DNA of 63,492 nucleotides, filler included, from Dimorphilus gyrociliatus (GCA_904063045.1; 4 parts of 4 records of this genome joined end to end with filler, not necessarily neighbours in it); one strand, 5' to 3'. Positions 12,901 to 24,222 are shown, counted from the first letter of the whole stretch. Numbers and translations: made by a program. The notes: generated by a model from the sequence alone, not told the origin.

Positions 12901-13631
12901 GTTAAAGCCATTTCAAAAATGGTTTTTATTTAAATTTCCCAGAATGACAATATTTTTCTTGTTTATATTTTCGTTAACAATTTCATATTCAATTGTTCAG
13001 ATAATCAAGGTCACTTTTTTTCAATTAGCTTTTTCATATTAAAGCTCAGTAATTTTTTTTCTTTAGGAATTCTATAATCAATGTGCTATATGTCTTTATA
13101 TTCCGATTGGCAATTTATCTGAAAATGTTGAATTGTTGAATTTGCTGAGTTTTGTTTTTTTTTGCATTTATTGTTTTGCTTTTATTTTGGACGTGAAATT
13201 AATATTCTACATAAGACATAAAACGATTAAAATGAAGATGCTAACTGCAACAGATTCCAAAAGGACAAGCTTAAAAATAGATTTCACAATATCAACTTTT
13301 GTTGATTGTATTATTTGGATTTTTTTCACTATTTTAGGTTTTCATTTTCTCTTCAATTCTGATTGACGTTACGTCAATTTATTAAATATAAAAAACAGGT
13401 GTTTTTTCAAAACCACTCAATGTTGTATGGAACAGAAATGTTTATAATATGTATATAACTGGCGTGTTTTCGTTGACTTCTTTTTTGAATGCGTATATTT
13501 TTATGATTGGTGAATTTTCAAGAAATCAAAAAAATAAAAAATTGAAAAATTTAGAAGAGAGGTTTGATTTGAAATTGTTGCTTATTTATTATTGTTCTAT
13601 ATTCTCTTTGAAATTTACAGAGAAACTTTAG
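6943..13631 (+). CDS. Multi-exon GRL101-type receptor B, same architecture as A
   Basis: Exonic ORFs 6943-7275, 7455-7730, 7684-8073, 8831-9097, 9209-9496, 9610-9999 (SRCR: EGILEFWNDPW..ICSFFGF..IKCMENATNLSQC), 10031-10567 (CTL-like TCYY), LDLa exons 10860-11800, 11786-13042 (LRR + TM1-4), 13133-13366 and 13449-13631 (TM5-7). Confidence 0.87.
10918..13046 (+). repeat. Right arm of the 2129-bp inverted repeat (partner 528-2656)
   Basis: Reverse complement of 528-2656 in all segments compared. Confidence 0.95.
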
Positions 13632-13744
13632 TTTTGAAATTAAAAAAGGAAACGCTTTTAAATAGTTTTTGTTAAATATTCAATTTTTTACTCAATTTAT
13701 AGATTTTAAAATATTTTTCAACAGCTTCAAAAACAATTCTAGAC

Positions 13745-14068
13745 TTGAATAGAAATCATTTATGTTTCAATTTGAAATGTTTGAATTTACAGTCAATTGA
13801 GCTTTCAAGATTGTTTTTTAAAAAAGAGAATAGTCTATTAATTTGCAGTTTAAATTTGTATTCAGCCATTCATTATGCTCATTCAAGAGATTTTTCATTC
13901 AATGGAAATTTTGCTTTAGAAGATGTATTTTATGATAAATTTTCTAAAAAATTCTACCTTTGTATTGGAAATATCTTTGAAAAGAATAAAGACAATTTTC
14001 TAGACGATTTACAATCGGCTGCAAACATAATTAGGAAACTACTGCAAAAAAGAACAGTTTTTCAATAA
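13745..14068 (+). other. Small ORF, possibly a degenerate protein-kinase-like fragment
   Basis: LYSAIHYAHSRDFSFNGNFALEDVFYD loosely resembles kinase alphaE/catalytic-loop spacing but lacks HRD. Weak resemblance only. Confidence 0.25.
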
Positions 14069-14099
14069 ATAAATACTTATAAATATATATATTAATATA

Positions 14100-15775
14100 C
14101 AGTATGTAGGCCTATGAAGTAGTCCGCAAAAATATTGGTGCCCCCTAAATTTTGATAGGCCGAACAATAAAAATCTTTTTCACAGGGAAAAAAGATTTTT
14201 TTTTTAATTTTTTTTGTCTTAATTACTAGATTAAACATAGATATATATATGAATATCTTCGAAACAAAATTTAGGTAAGTTTTTATATAATTTTTTTGGT
14301 TTTATATAATGTATTGTTTTATTGATTTTTTTTCTTATTTGGCTGTGTTGCAAAATAATTGGAGCGGGGGGTTTAATGTTCATATTTTGTCTATTTTTCT
14401 ATGTAGCCACCCTCTTGTTTAAACACTTGCTCACTCTATGCCCCATTCCCCTGTATAAATTTGGTATCAAGTCTGGTTGTCTTTTTATAATCTCATAAGA
14501 GCACTTTTTAATTTTCTTCCATAATTCCTCCTCCGATTCCAATTGTGGACCATCATAAACCAGTTTTTTGGTGAGACCCCACATGTTCTTAATAGGACTG
14601 AGGTCAGGGCTCTTTGCTGGCCAATCAAGAGGGTGGATGCCATTCATTTGAAAGGCTCTTTTAGTTGTCCTAGCAGTATGGCACCCAGCATTGTCTTGCT
14701 GGAAGATGTACTGCCTCCCCATTTTAGCTGATATTTCTTCTATTACAGGCAGAACATCTTCCACAATAAAACTGCTATAGTTGTTAGCATTAAGTTTCTT
14801 CTTTATCCTCCATATCTCAAAGATTCCATCAGATGTTATGAGTCTCCATACCATGACTCCGCCTCTGCCCATATTCTTCATCACCCTGAATTCTTTTTCA
14901 CCATGATTTGTCCAAGTTTTGAAGTCATCAGGGCCTCTCAGTGAGAATCTAGCCTCATTGGTGAAAATTACTTTAGACCAGTCTAGATTATCACTGATCA
15001 TCTTAAGGCAATAGGTTTTTCTTCTTTCACAATTGTTGGATGTAAGGTCAGGTCTTTGTCTCACTCATTTATACTGGAATTTTTGTCTTTTCAGCTCCCT
15101 TTGAATTGTTGCTAAGCTTACATCAACTTCTAATTCTTTCAAAAGTTTTCGTGCTATAACCCTTTCCTTATTTCTTTTTAATTTCTTTATTATTCTCTTC
15201 ATCCTGCCTATGTCTTTCTCTGTAAGTCTCTTTGGGCGGCCCCAATTCTCCTGTTCTGGTGGATTATATTGTAGAATATTGCTAACTGATGTTGGTGCCA
15301 TCCCCAGAACCCTTGCTGTTGTTCTTATTTTTCCAATTTCCTGATATTTCCTTAGTACAAGTTCCCTTATCTCTTTACACCATGTCATAGTTAAATAAAT
15401 ACAATAAAAATGAACTAATATAATTAAAATTGACAATAATAGATAAACTTAACTTGGAGAATTAAATAAGTCAAAAAAATTTTTAGTTTGCAACGTTTTT
15501 TCAAATGCCAAACCAGAAATCAAGTGTGTGCACCAATGATTATGCAACGCAGCCAAATACAGAAAAAATTAATGAAAATTAGGCAAAATATTTTACTAAT
15601 TATATTCCAAAGTATCATCATTTTCTCAATTTTTTCGATATTATGTAAATATTACTGTTTATCTATATAAATTTAGACAAAAAGAACTATTTTCGTGGGA
15701 AAAAACATTTTTGACCGTTATTTTAAATTTGGCCTATCAAAATTTAGGGGGCACCAAAATTTATGCGGACTACTG
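14100..15775 (-). mobile_element. Tc1/mariner element 1 (defective)
   Basis: TIR core AGTAGTCCGCA..TTGGTGCCCCCTAAATTTTGATAGGCC at 14118 and inverted ending CTACTG at 15775, followed by TA. The left terminus is imperfect (14100 or 14118). Confidence 0.85.
14399..15388 (-). pseudogene. Tc1 DD34E transposase pseudogene
   Basis: GRP motif, QQDNA, WPAKSPDLSPI. In-frame TGA at 15065-15067. First catalytic D reads N (FTNE) and catalytic E reads K (PIKN). Confidence 0.9.
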
Positions 15776-16451
15776 TATATGTTAGGTTGTTTACGGTAAA
15801 TTAATGACTAAAAGACTGCATTTTTCAAAATGCAATTTCAAACAACTCTCAGTTCAAAAAGTTCATTTGGAATGAGAATGAATTTCCTATGATTGTTTTC
15901 TTAATAAATTCTCACTTCAATGCCATTAACGCCATCTATTGTTTTAATTGAGAAAAAATAATAAAATTAATTATTAAATACATGCAATGTGGCAGCTATG
16001 AAAAGTTGTCATATGCACTTAAACCTTAAATTTGTTATTTATTTGTTGGAAGTGACTACTTCCGTTAGAAAACTAGGTCAAACGATTTTTATCTTTATTT
16101 CAAAGAAATAATAGCTGATAATAGATCGTTCTTATCAAAATCTAATCAGAAATAATTTGAATTTGAAGTTGTAATCTATGCAAATTTTCCAATGGTATGA
16201 TATGTTGAACTTTATGAGATTTTTTAAAAAAACTTTTAACGTTTGGTGTGATCCACTTGAAAGTATTTTTTTTGGTTGAGTAGGAGAACTATAGGAGATT
16301 TTTATCTGTTTGAATGCTTATATATTGTATACGTACATTAAAAAGTAGACACATTGTTAAGAGCAGCATTTTAAAGGATGAAGATTATTATTTGTTACCT
16401 TTGTGAGTAGTTTTATTATTATTAAGATATTAATCTATATTTTATTGTTTT

Positions 16452-16898
16452 ATGCTTATAGTGTTTACTTTACAACTATTCTCTCTCTGCCAATCATTTA
16501 TTTGCCCAGTTGATGATAATTTTCGACCAATCAACGGAGCTTATAGGGATCCAGAATTCTGTGGATCTTATTATCAATGTATCAACGGAACTGCTTTTCC
16601 TCAGAGTTGTCCTCTTGGTCTATTTTTTAGATTTACAACATTAGATTGTTCATTTACGACCTGTGTTGATCCAGAATTTGCCGATTGTCCACCACTGCAA
16701 AATTCAACTATTCAAACAAATGAAGCTTTGCAGTGTGAACCTAATCAAAAAGATTTTAGCACTCCTTGTTTCGTTAAAACCAATGAATGCGCACCAAATT
16801 TAAATTCAACTGTTGCCAGCTTAATTGATTGCAGAATTTACTACCATTGTCAAAATGGGGTTGCTTGGCCTCAGCAGTGTCCTCCAGGCTACTTTTTC
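16452..16898 (+). CDS. Secreted chitin-binding (CBM14/peritrophin-A) domain protein, truncated by a gap
   Basis: Signal-like MLIVFTLQLFSLCQS, then CGSYYQCINGTAFPQSCPLGLFF and CRIYYHCQNGVAWPQQCPPGYFF. Confidence 0.85.
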
Positions 16899-17729
16899 NN
16901 NNNNNNNNNNNNNNNNNNNNNNNNNNNNNNNNNNNNNNNNNNNNNNNNNNNNNNNNNNNNNNNNNNNNNNNNNNNNNNNNNNNNNNNNNNNNNNNNNNNN
17001 NNNNNNNNNNNNNNNNNNNNNNNNNNNNNNNNNNNNNNNNNNNNNNNNNNNNNNNNNNNNNNNNNNNNNNNNNNNNNNNNNNNNNNNNNNNNNNNNNNNN
17101 NNNNNNNNNNNNNNNNNNNNNNNNNNNNNNNNNNNNNNNNNNNNNNNNNNNNNNNNNNNNNNNNNNNNNNNNNNNNNNNNNNNNNNNNNNNNNNNNNNNN
17201 NNNNNNNNNNNNNNNNNNNNNNNNNNNNNNNNNNNNNNNNNNNNNNNNNNNNNNNNNNNNNNNNNNNNNNNNNNNNNNNNNNNNNNNNNNNNNNNNNNNN
17301 NNNNNNNNNNNNNNNNNNNNNNNNNNNNNNNNNNNNNNNNNNNNNNNNNNNNNNNNNNNNNNNNNNNNNNNNNNNNNNNNNNNNNNNNNNNNNNNNNNNN
17401 NNNNNNNNNNNNNNNNNNNNNNNNNNNNNNNNNNNNNNNNNNNNNNNNNNNNNNNNNNNNNNNNNNNNNNNNNNNNNNNNNNNNNNNNNNNNNNNNNNNN
17501 NNNNNNNNNNNNNNNNNNNNNNNNNNNNNNNNNNNNNNNNNNNNNNNNNNNNNNNNNNNNNNNNNNNNNNNNNNNNNNNNNNNNNNNNNNNNNNNNNNNN
17601 NNNNNNNNNNNNNNNNNNNNNNNNNNNNNNNNNNNNNNNNNNNNNNNNNNNNNNNNNNNNNNNNNNNNNNNNNNNNNNNNNNNNNNNNNNNNNNNNNNNN
17701 NNNNNNNNNNNNNNNNNNNNNNNNNNNNN
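16899..17729. other. Assembly gap (831 N)
   Basis: Run of N. Confidence 1.
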
Positions 17730-18291
17730 CTACGGAAGGATGGTTAGATTCGCAAATCAAATGTCTAGTTCGGATCAAATGTCACGTGGTTTTATTGAAC
17801 GCATTCCCGCTAATTCTAGAACGAGATTTAGATTGGAGGGCGGACATAACTCAACAGTAGGCCTATCTACGTATCTTTTGGCTTTTAAATTGAATAGTAG
17901 CCTACCAATTCTGTTTGCCTATCAAAGATTTAGTTTCGCTTCTCCTTGTCCAACCAGAAGAGGTTTTCTCAGTTTCCAGGAGATAGCGGAAGATACAACA
18001 AATTCCTGGAATTCAGCAACACATCAGTATACAGCACCTGTGACTGGAACTTACTATGTTGATCTTGGCGTCGTCGTGAGATCGTTGAATACTGTTGAAG
18101 CGAGTGTAGAAGTAAATGGCCTTAGAAAGTTTAGATTAATCAAATTAAGAAGCCTCCATACATCATCAGAATTTATATCAAAAGGTGGACTAGTACATAT
18201 GACTAAGGACGATGTTTTAACTATTGTCTACACTGGTTGCATAGCAGCTGATAATATGTCCTCCTCAATTGCAATCTTTTTAGTACCGTAA
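17730..18291 (+). CDS. 3' end of a tandem C1q (gC1q/TNF-like) domain protein
   Basis: End of one C1q domain (..STYLLAFKL) followed by a full one with YTAPVTGTYYV and terminal SSIAIFLVP-stop. Confidence 0.8.
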
Positions 18292-19056
18292 AGCCTAATT
18301 AATTAAATTCCTGGAAAAAAGACTAACCTTGACCTTTCGGCAAAATCGATTATTACTGTATTCCATCATACTGATATATTCACCTTTTTTATAATAATAA
18401 AATTTTCGTACATGTTTGAAAAAGTCACTGAATTTTACTGACAGACCAAGACAAACGCTTTTTTCATAAACAAGGCTGTCCACCTATAACTTGGCCTATA
18501 ACAAAAAATTGTTGTAAAATATACAATTTTTTTCACCTTTTACTGCATTTCATTGAAAATATGAAGACCTTGACTTTGACCCACGATTTCTCTACTTGCA
18601 ATTGTAGGCGCATATGGACATATACAGTATGTAAGAAAAATTGCGGTGAGTATATTATTTAATAGTCAGCTGTTCTGATTAAAGCACACATGTTGTCTGT
18701 ACTTCCTGCTGGGGTTGTAGGTAAGTACTGGTCCAAATAGAACCGAATCAGAAGTAAGCCACTTAGCAGAGAGATGTAGAATTGAGGGAGGATGAATATA
18801 GAACCAAAACGTAAGAATAATATAACTGTATTCTAAAGCAATACTAGACCTGTTCACTAAGGACCTACGCCCTGCTTTTATACAATTCCTTATCAGTTGT
18901 TTATGCCTTAGCTGTCAACAACAAGGGTCTAACCCCAGATAAGGATTGTTCATAACAAACAGGGTCAAGGGTTATCATATTATGCAATAGTGATGTAAAC
19001 AACAACAATTTTGTGTAGGTTACCCCTCAAGGGTCAATTCTTACATCATATTTATG

Positions 19057-19343
19057 GGGATTGGGAGAAAACGGCCTGGGAGAAAACGGCCCACTTTTGG
19101 GAGAAAACGGCCTACTTTTGGGAGATAACGGCCCATAAATATATTAACCTTTGATTATTACAAACATTACATATCTTCTACATATTCTTCTAGAAAATTT
19201 TTTTAGACATTCAGTAAACTTCTTTTTATGCAACATTATTTAAAGAAAATACATACTTGGATTGAAAATTAGGCTTACATTTTATATTTACTTAAAAAGA
19301 GTACCTAGGCCATTTTCTCCCAAGGCCGTTTTCTCCCATACTC
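19057..19343. mobile_element. MULE-type MITE, 287 bp, 9-bp TSD
   Basis: Four direct TGGGAGAAAACGGCC units (19062, 19077, 19098, 19119) and two inverted units (19308, 19324). G...C termini. ATATTTATG duplicated at 19048-19056 and 19344-19352. Confidence 0.85.
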
Positions 19344-19706
19344 ATATTTATGTACATAAACACTTGTTGTTGTTGTCAACATGTTTGGTTATGTAACATC
19401 TTATCCTTTGCCTAGAAAGGGGGTTGATTCTGGCAGTTCGATACCATCTACCCTAGAGGCAACATCTACTTCAACACCTCTTTTTCTATAAACTGTAGTT
19501 CATAAGTGTACACTGTCCATTTTCAGTAGTATTGTTCAAATTCAATTGAACCCGCATTTCACAAACAAAATGCATTGCATTGTTTAATCTGATTAGTGTA
19601 ATTAAATTATGTAGTCGACAAAACATGTAACATATGTCTTTCTAAGTACTAATAGGATTGGCAAGTATAAAAGAGACGCAGAGAGAGACAGAGAGAGAAA
19701 TTCAAG

Positions 19707-20649
19707 ATGTCTCTTTATAAACTTTTTTGTAAAACTATCATACTCAATGAGATAAGGTATCCTCCCCAAAAAATTCTACCTATAACCAATAATCTTGGAA
19801 TGAATGTTAGAAGAGCTAAACAAGGAGATATTGAAAGAATTTGTGAACTATACATGACAGCTTTCCCTGAGGATATGGAGTACTTGTTTGGAGAGCCTTT
19901 CACTGATATTGCAACTAAGTTTCTTATACATAACTTTACGGCTGACAAGAATTTGATTGCAAATTGTTTGGTTGCTGAAAAAAATGGTAAAGTACTCGGT
20001 GTTTGTAGCACAAGATTTTCAGAGTTTGTTCTGCTTTTAACCTTTTATACTGCTTAATTATAATCCCTCAATTAACAGCTATGTGCATTACAAAGAGACT
20101 GAAGATTTTGATACTGATAGTCTGTCATTGAAGTCAATTACGAGAATGATCTGCTCCTTCGGAATGCTTGATTACTTGTCTAGAGTGAACGAAGGAGAAT
20201 GCCTCATTGATTTTATGGCTGTAGATCCAGAATTCAGAAATAATGGAATTGGTCAAATGCTCATGCATTCAGCTACAATGAACGCGATAGATAAAGGATG
20301 TAAAGTGAGTTCTATTCAAAATTTGACAGCTCTTTTTTAATTATAAATTGTACGTGCTTTACCGATGCTGCCTATTCTAGCAATTGTGTCTACTCGTTTC
20401 GCCGTATAGTATCAGAGCAAGGAAATTATACGAAAAATTGGATTTTATCTTAGAAAGAATGTATAAGACTTTGCCAATATTTCTTCTTGGAGATAGGGTT
20501 GGTGTTTTTATTTTTTTTCAGAATCATTTTTCTATCTTTCTTATCTTCTTTTGTTCAAGACAATGTTTATAATGGTAAAATACCTACCGCCAACATATTC
20601 ATCAGATGAAAAACAACATGAAAGAAACGATAATATATCACTTCAATGA
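19707..20649 (+). CDS. Spliced GNAT-family N-acetyltransferase
   Basis: NVRRAKQGDIERICEL, CLVAEKNGKVLG, motif A IDFMAVDPEFRNNGIGQMLM, motif B ARKLYEKLDF, across three short introns. Start codon uncertain (19707 or 19800). Confidence 0.8.
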
Positions 20650-20735
20650 AGAGGATGAAAGCAGCACTTCAATGAAATTATAGTTGAACATTATTCAACG
20701 CAAAATTCATTGAATTATTTTTCAAATTATCTTAA

Positions 20736-20947
20736 AGGGATGAGACAGAAAACGTCCACAAATGAGTCCTCTTACCCTAACCCTAACCCAGCCCTTGGCA
20801 ATATCTAACCTTTTGCATTAGCCCTAACTCTTAGAGGAGACCCTTCTAAGTACAAATCAGTTGCTGTGTTCTTCTTCCTAACAATTTCTCAATCCAAAAT
20901 CTAGTCTTGAAAATTCTCATTTGTGGACGTTTTCTGTCAACCCCATC
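20736..20947. mobile_element. MITE with TTAA flanks (Kolobok-like), with internal CCCTAA repeats
   Basis: Perfect 23-bp inverted repeat GACAGAAAACGTCCACAAATGAG (20744-20766 / 20916-20938). TTAA at 20732-20735 and 20948-20951. Purine-purine termini. Confidence 0.7.
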
Positions 20948-21017
20948 TTAAAGCATGAATACAACGATATTATCACCAGAAATAGAGAAATACAGAGAGT
21001 CTTTGCTTTAGGAAACT

Positions 21018-22454
21018 TCAGCAAAAACATGCACAATTTCTCATATTACTTTCCAACCAATCAGCGTCGTCCGATGTTAAATTGTTAAAAGAGATTGTAA
21101 GCTTTCTCAAAGAATTAGCGGAGAGAAATTGAAAAACAGTTTTAAAATCATTAAATAATTCTCCAACATGGAATTAATGGATATATCAATACTTTGAAGA
21201 TAATTGCATTGTTTGAACAGTTTTATAAGATAATAAATCTGTGTTTCTGAAAGATTACAATTAAAAAATTTAATATCTTTTAAAGAAGATTTTAAATATG
21301 ATAATCCTTGGCAGATATTTTGAAATTCTTTCTCACTGTAACGATTATTCGACAAATTGATTGTTTCCAAATTTGAACATTCTTTAAAAAATAAATCTAA
21401 AATTGAAGATTCTCCATCTTTGAATAAATTTGAAGAAAAATCTAAAATTCTTAATTGCTTTGCAGCCATTATCGTCATATTTTCAAAATTGTTTAACAAT
21501 GAATTTCCTCCTGCAATGAATTTTTCCAGTTTTGTTTGACTTTGTAAAAGAATTCGAACTGAATTGTTATTCGTTGTCGACTCAGTTCTGAAACAATTGG
21601 AAATGTTTATTCTCTTTAGGGAATGAGACGACGATTTTAAAGCGTTAAATATCTGTTCAAAATTGTTTTGTAGCCAATTCATTGATCCGAAATCAATATC
21701 CTCAAGACGATAACATTTATCAAGTAAAATTGCGTATTGAACTCCATCTTCGGATCCTGCAAAATAGAAATTTAAATGAATGATTCTAAGCGAATGAGCA
21801 GTTGGCAAGAGTGAATTAAATAGTTCAACCGCTCCAGTTCTTAATCTGCCATAAGTTGCTAAGTAGATTTCTTGTAAATTGGAGCAAGTTTTCAGAAAAT
21901 TTGCCAAACTTGAACATTTATTATCATATAATTCATATTTAAAGAGATTGAGTTTTGTTAGACAATTCGATGAAGAAGATAAACCTTGAATCATTTCATT
22001 AAATCCAAATTTGGTGTGATTATGGCTAAAAAATCCAAATTGAATTAAAGATTTGAACGTTTTCAAACAATTTCCAAGTAATTTTATATTCAATCCTTGA
22101 AAATGCATATCTTTGAAGCAAATATTCTCCAATCTACTTTGGCAAAGTTCCAAGCCACTAGAGATTTCTTTTAGTCCCTCATCGGCTTGCTCTAAGCTAA
22201 AAACTAGAGAGATATCTTTCAATTCTCTGCATTCGATAAGTAACTCTTTTAAACTTGAACACTCTGAACCTGTAAGCTTGAACAATGTAAAATGAATGAT
22301 AACCAATGTATTAGCTGACTGTAACAGCTGATTAGCGAAGACACTAAAGGATAATCTCTCAGGGGAATCCTCTGAATAGGAGAATGATTTTAAACTTGCA
22401 CAATTCTCTATTAACCCTCCATTTGCAATTATACAATCATTTAATCTTAAATCT
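21018..22454 (-). CDS. RI-like leucine-rich-repeat region (NLR-type C-terminus), 5' end interrupted
   Basis: Open frame from about 22454 to 21107 with about 28-aa LxxLxLxxN repeats. A one-base shift near 21140 continues it as LRKLTISFNNL to a stop at 21018. Confidence 0.75.
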
Positions 22455-22456
22455 TA

Positions 22457-23791
22457 AATGGCCCCAACAGAAACGGCCACAAAATTTTTCAACCTAAAAT
22501 ATATAAAACAAGAAATGAATTAATTTTTTGAAAGTATGTTTATTTGAACAGTTGAATATATTGTAAGACTACAACTTACAAAAACATGCAATTTAACAAT
22601 TCATGTATTTATAGAGCTTCTAAAAAAAATTCAGAAAAATTTTTTAGAACTTCTAATGAAGTCATCTTGAGGTTTTCAAATCTTTCCCAAATTATAAATA
22701 TTTTTTTTGCAGGTTTTTATAAAGCTTACCTTGGAATCTTAATATCTTCTTTTTGGGGCTGATAGAAAAGGTCCCCAAATGAGATTTTTGAAAGCAACAT
22801 TTCAGATTGAAAAATGATTAGGAGGAGTAAAGTAGCTTTTGATTTATAATTAGGGGAGGTTCCATCTAAGGGGTAGGAGCAATCAAAAAGGTTAAGGAGA
22901 GACAAGGGCTAGGTTAGGGTTAAAATTAAACATGCAATTAGGGATGTTTTCTGTTGTATCCCTTCTTTTCTGATAACATTCTTTGATATGCTGGTATAAG
23001 ATCTGCTTCCCTTTTCAATTCATCTATCACAGAGTAAAATGAAACATTTACTCCAACATCACCATTCAACTGATTGTGAAACCCCTCAACATCATTATTT
23101 TTTCTTATTGCACATTGATAGATATATCATCTTTTTGGTGACCAAACATCATTCTTAATCCAGGTTCTTTCAAAATAAATAATAAAATCAACAAGTTTAT
23201 CAATTGATTTAAGGTAATCCTCAATTTTGAGAAACTCTATTGGAATAATGTGAGATGGAAGGAATGATAAAGACTTGTATGATTTAGATCTACACCTTCA
23301 GCATTTGATACTTTATTGGTGGCTTTATCTTGCAAATTTCATCACATTTGCTCAGAATAATTCTGATTCTCCTTTTGTCAACACTTAAACATATAGAACA
23401 TAATCCATCTAGAAATAAAGAGCTTAGTTTACATTAAATTAAATTTCCAGCTTACCTGACAAACAAGCCCAATAGACTTTATTATGACAAAGTGAGCAAA
23501 AACCTTGCCTCAGTTTATTAATATTTTTCTTACATCCAAAACAATGAGGTAGCATTGTGGCAAAAATCTCCTTTGAGCTTCTCCAAGCTATTGGCAAGAA
23601 TTTAACAATAGTCCATAATATTTAACCTTTTAGGAAAAACTGGTGGAAAATTTAATATTTTTTCATTCACTATTTACTAATCACTTTAAAAAAATTTTAA
23701 ATTAACTTATTCTATTCAATTTATTAGTATTATATATTTCAAAATTTTGGGGCATTTTCTGTCCCAATTGGGGCCGTTTTCGGTCGTATTC
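22457..23791 (-). mobile_element. Degenerate MULE transposon
   Basis: Minus strand reads SLSFLP..YFERTWIKNDVWSPK..IRKNNDVEGFHNQLN..YSVIDELKRE with stops. The right end carries GAAAACGGCCCC; the left end is partial. Confidence 0.75.
22755..22963. mobile_element. Second, diverged and inverted copy of the 20736-20947 MITE, nested in the MULE
   Basis: GATAGAAAAGGTCCCCAAATGAG at 22761, GGTTAGGGTT internally, GTTTTCTGTTGTATCCCT at the other end. Confidence 0.6.
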
Positions 23792-24222
23792 TTGTCGATC
23801 TGTATAAATATCACTAAACACTAAAAAATGACTTCATATCTAACTTTCAAATAATAGATAAGCCTTTCAATGGAATCCATAGTAACACGTCAAAACAAGC
23901 TTACAATCAATATAATTAAAAAAACATTACTAGTAAAGTATTAATAATTAAAAAATCATTAATAATTTCGGATGAAATATCAAAAAGTTTATCGTTAAAA
24001 ATTGGAAAACTTGAATAGTAAAGTTAACATGAAAACTTAAAGTGAAGGCAATGAAGAGATTCTGTTTTATTATTGATAGGCTTTAACAAATGGAAATGTA
24101 TATGTATTTGACCAATGATTTTATTCAAAGTAAAGTCAGACAAAACTGCATTGCGATTTTCAACATGAAATTCAATTCTATCAGTAATATGGCATATGTA
24201 TATATATATATATATATATATA

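Noticed and set aside
16774-18291. Long ORFs of 334-488 aa in the track
   Set aside because: They are mostly translated N; only the flanking pieces are real.
19062-19133. Short direct repeats resembling a CRISPR array
   Set aside because: Spacers are 0-6 bp and not unique, inverted copies and a 9-bp TSD mark it as a MITE, and there are no cas genes.
24197-24222. (TA)n microsatellite as a separate feature
   Set aside because: It is simply the target tract of Tc1-2.
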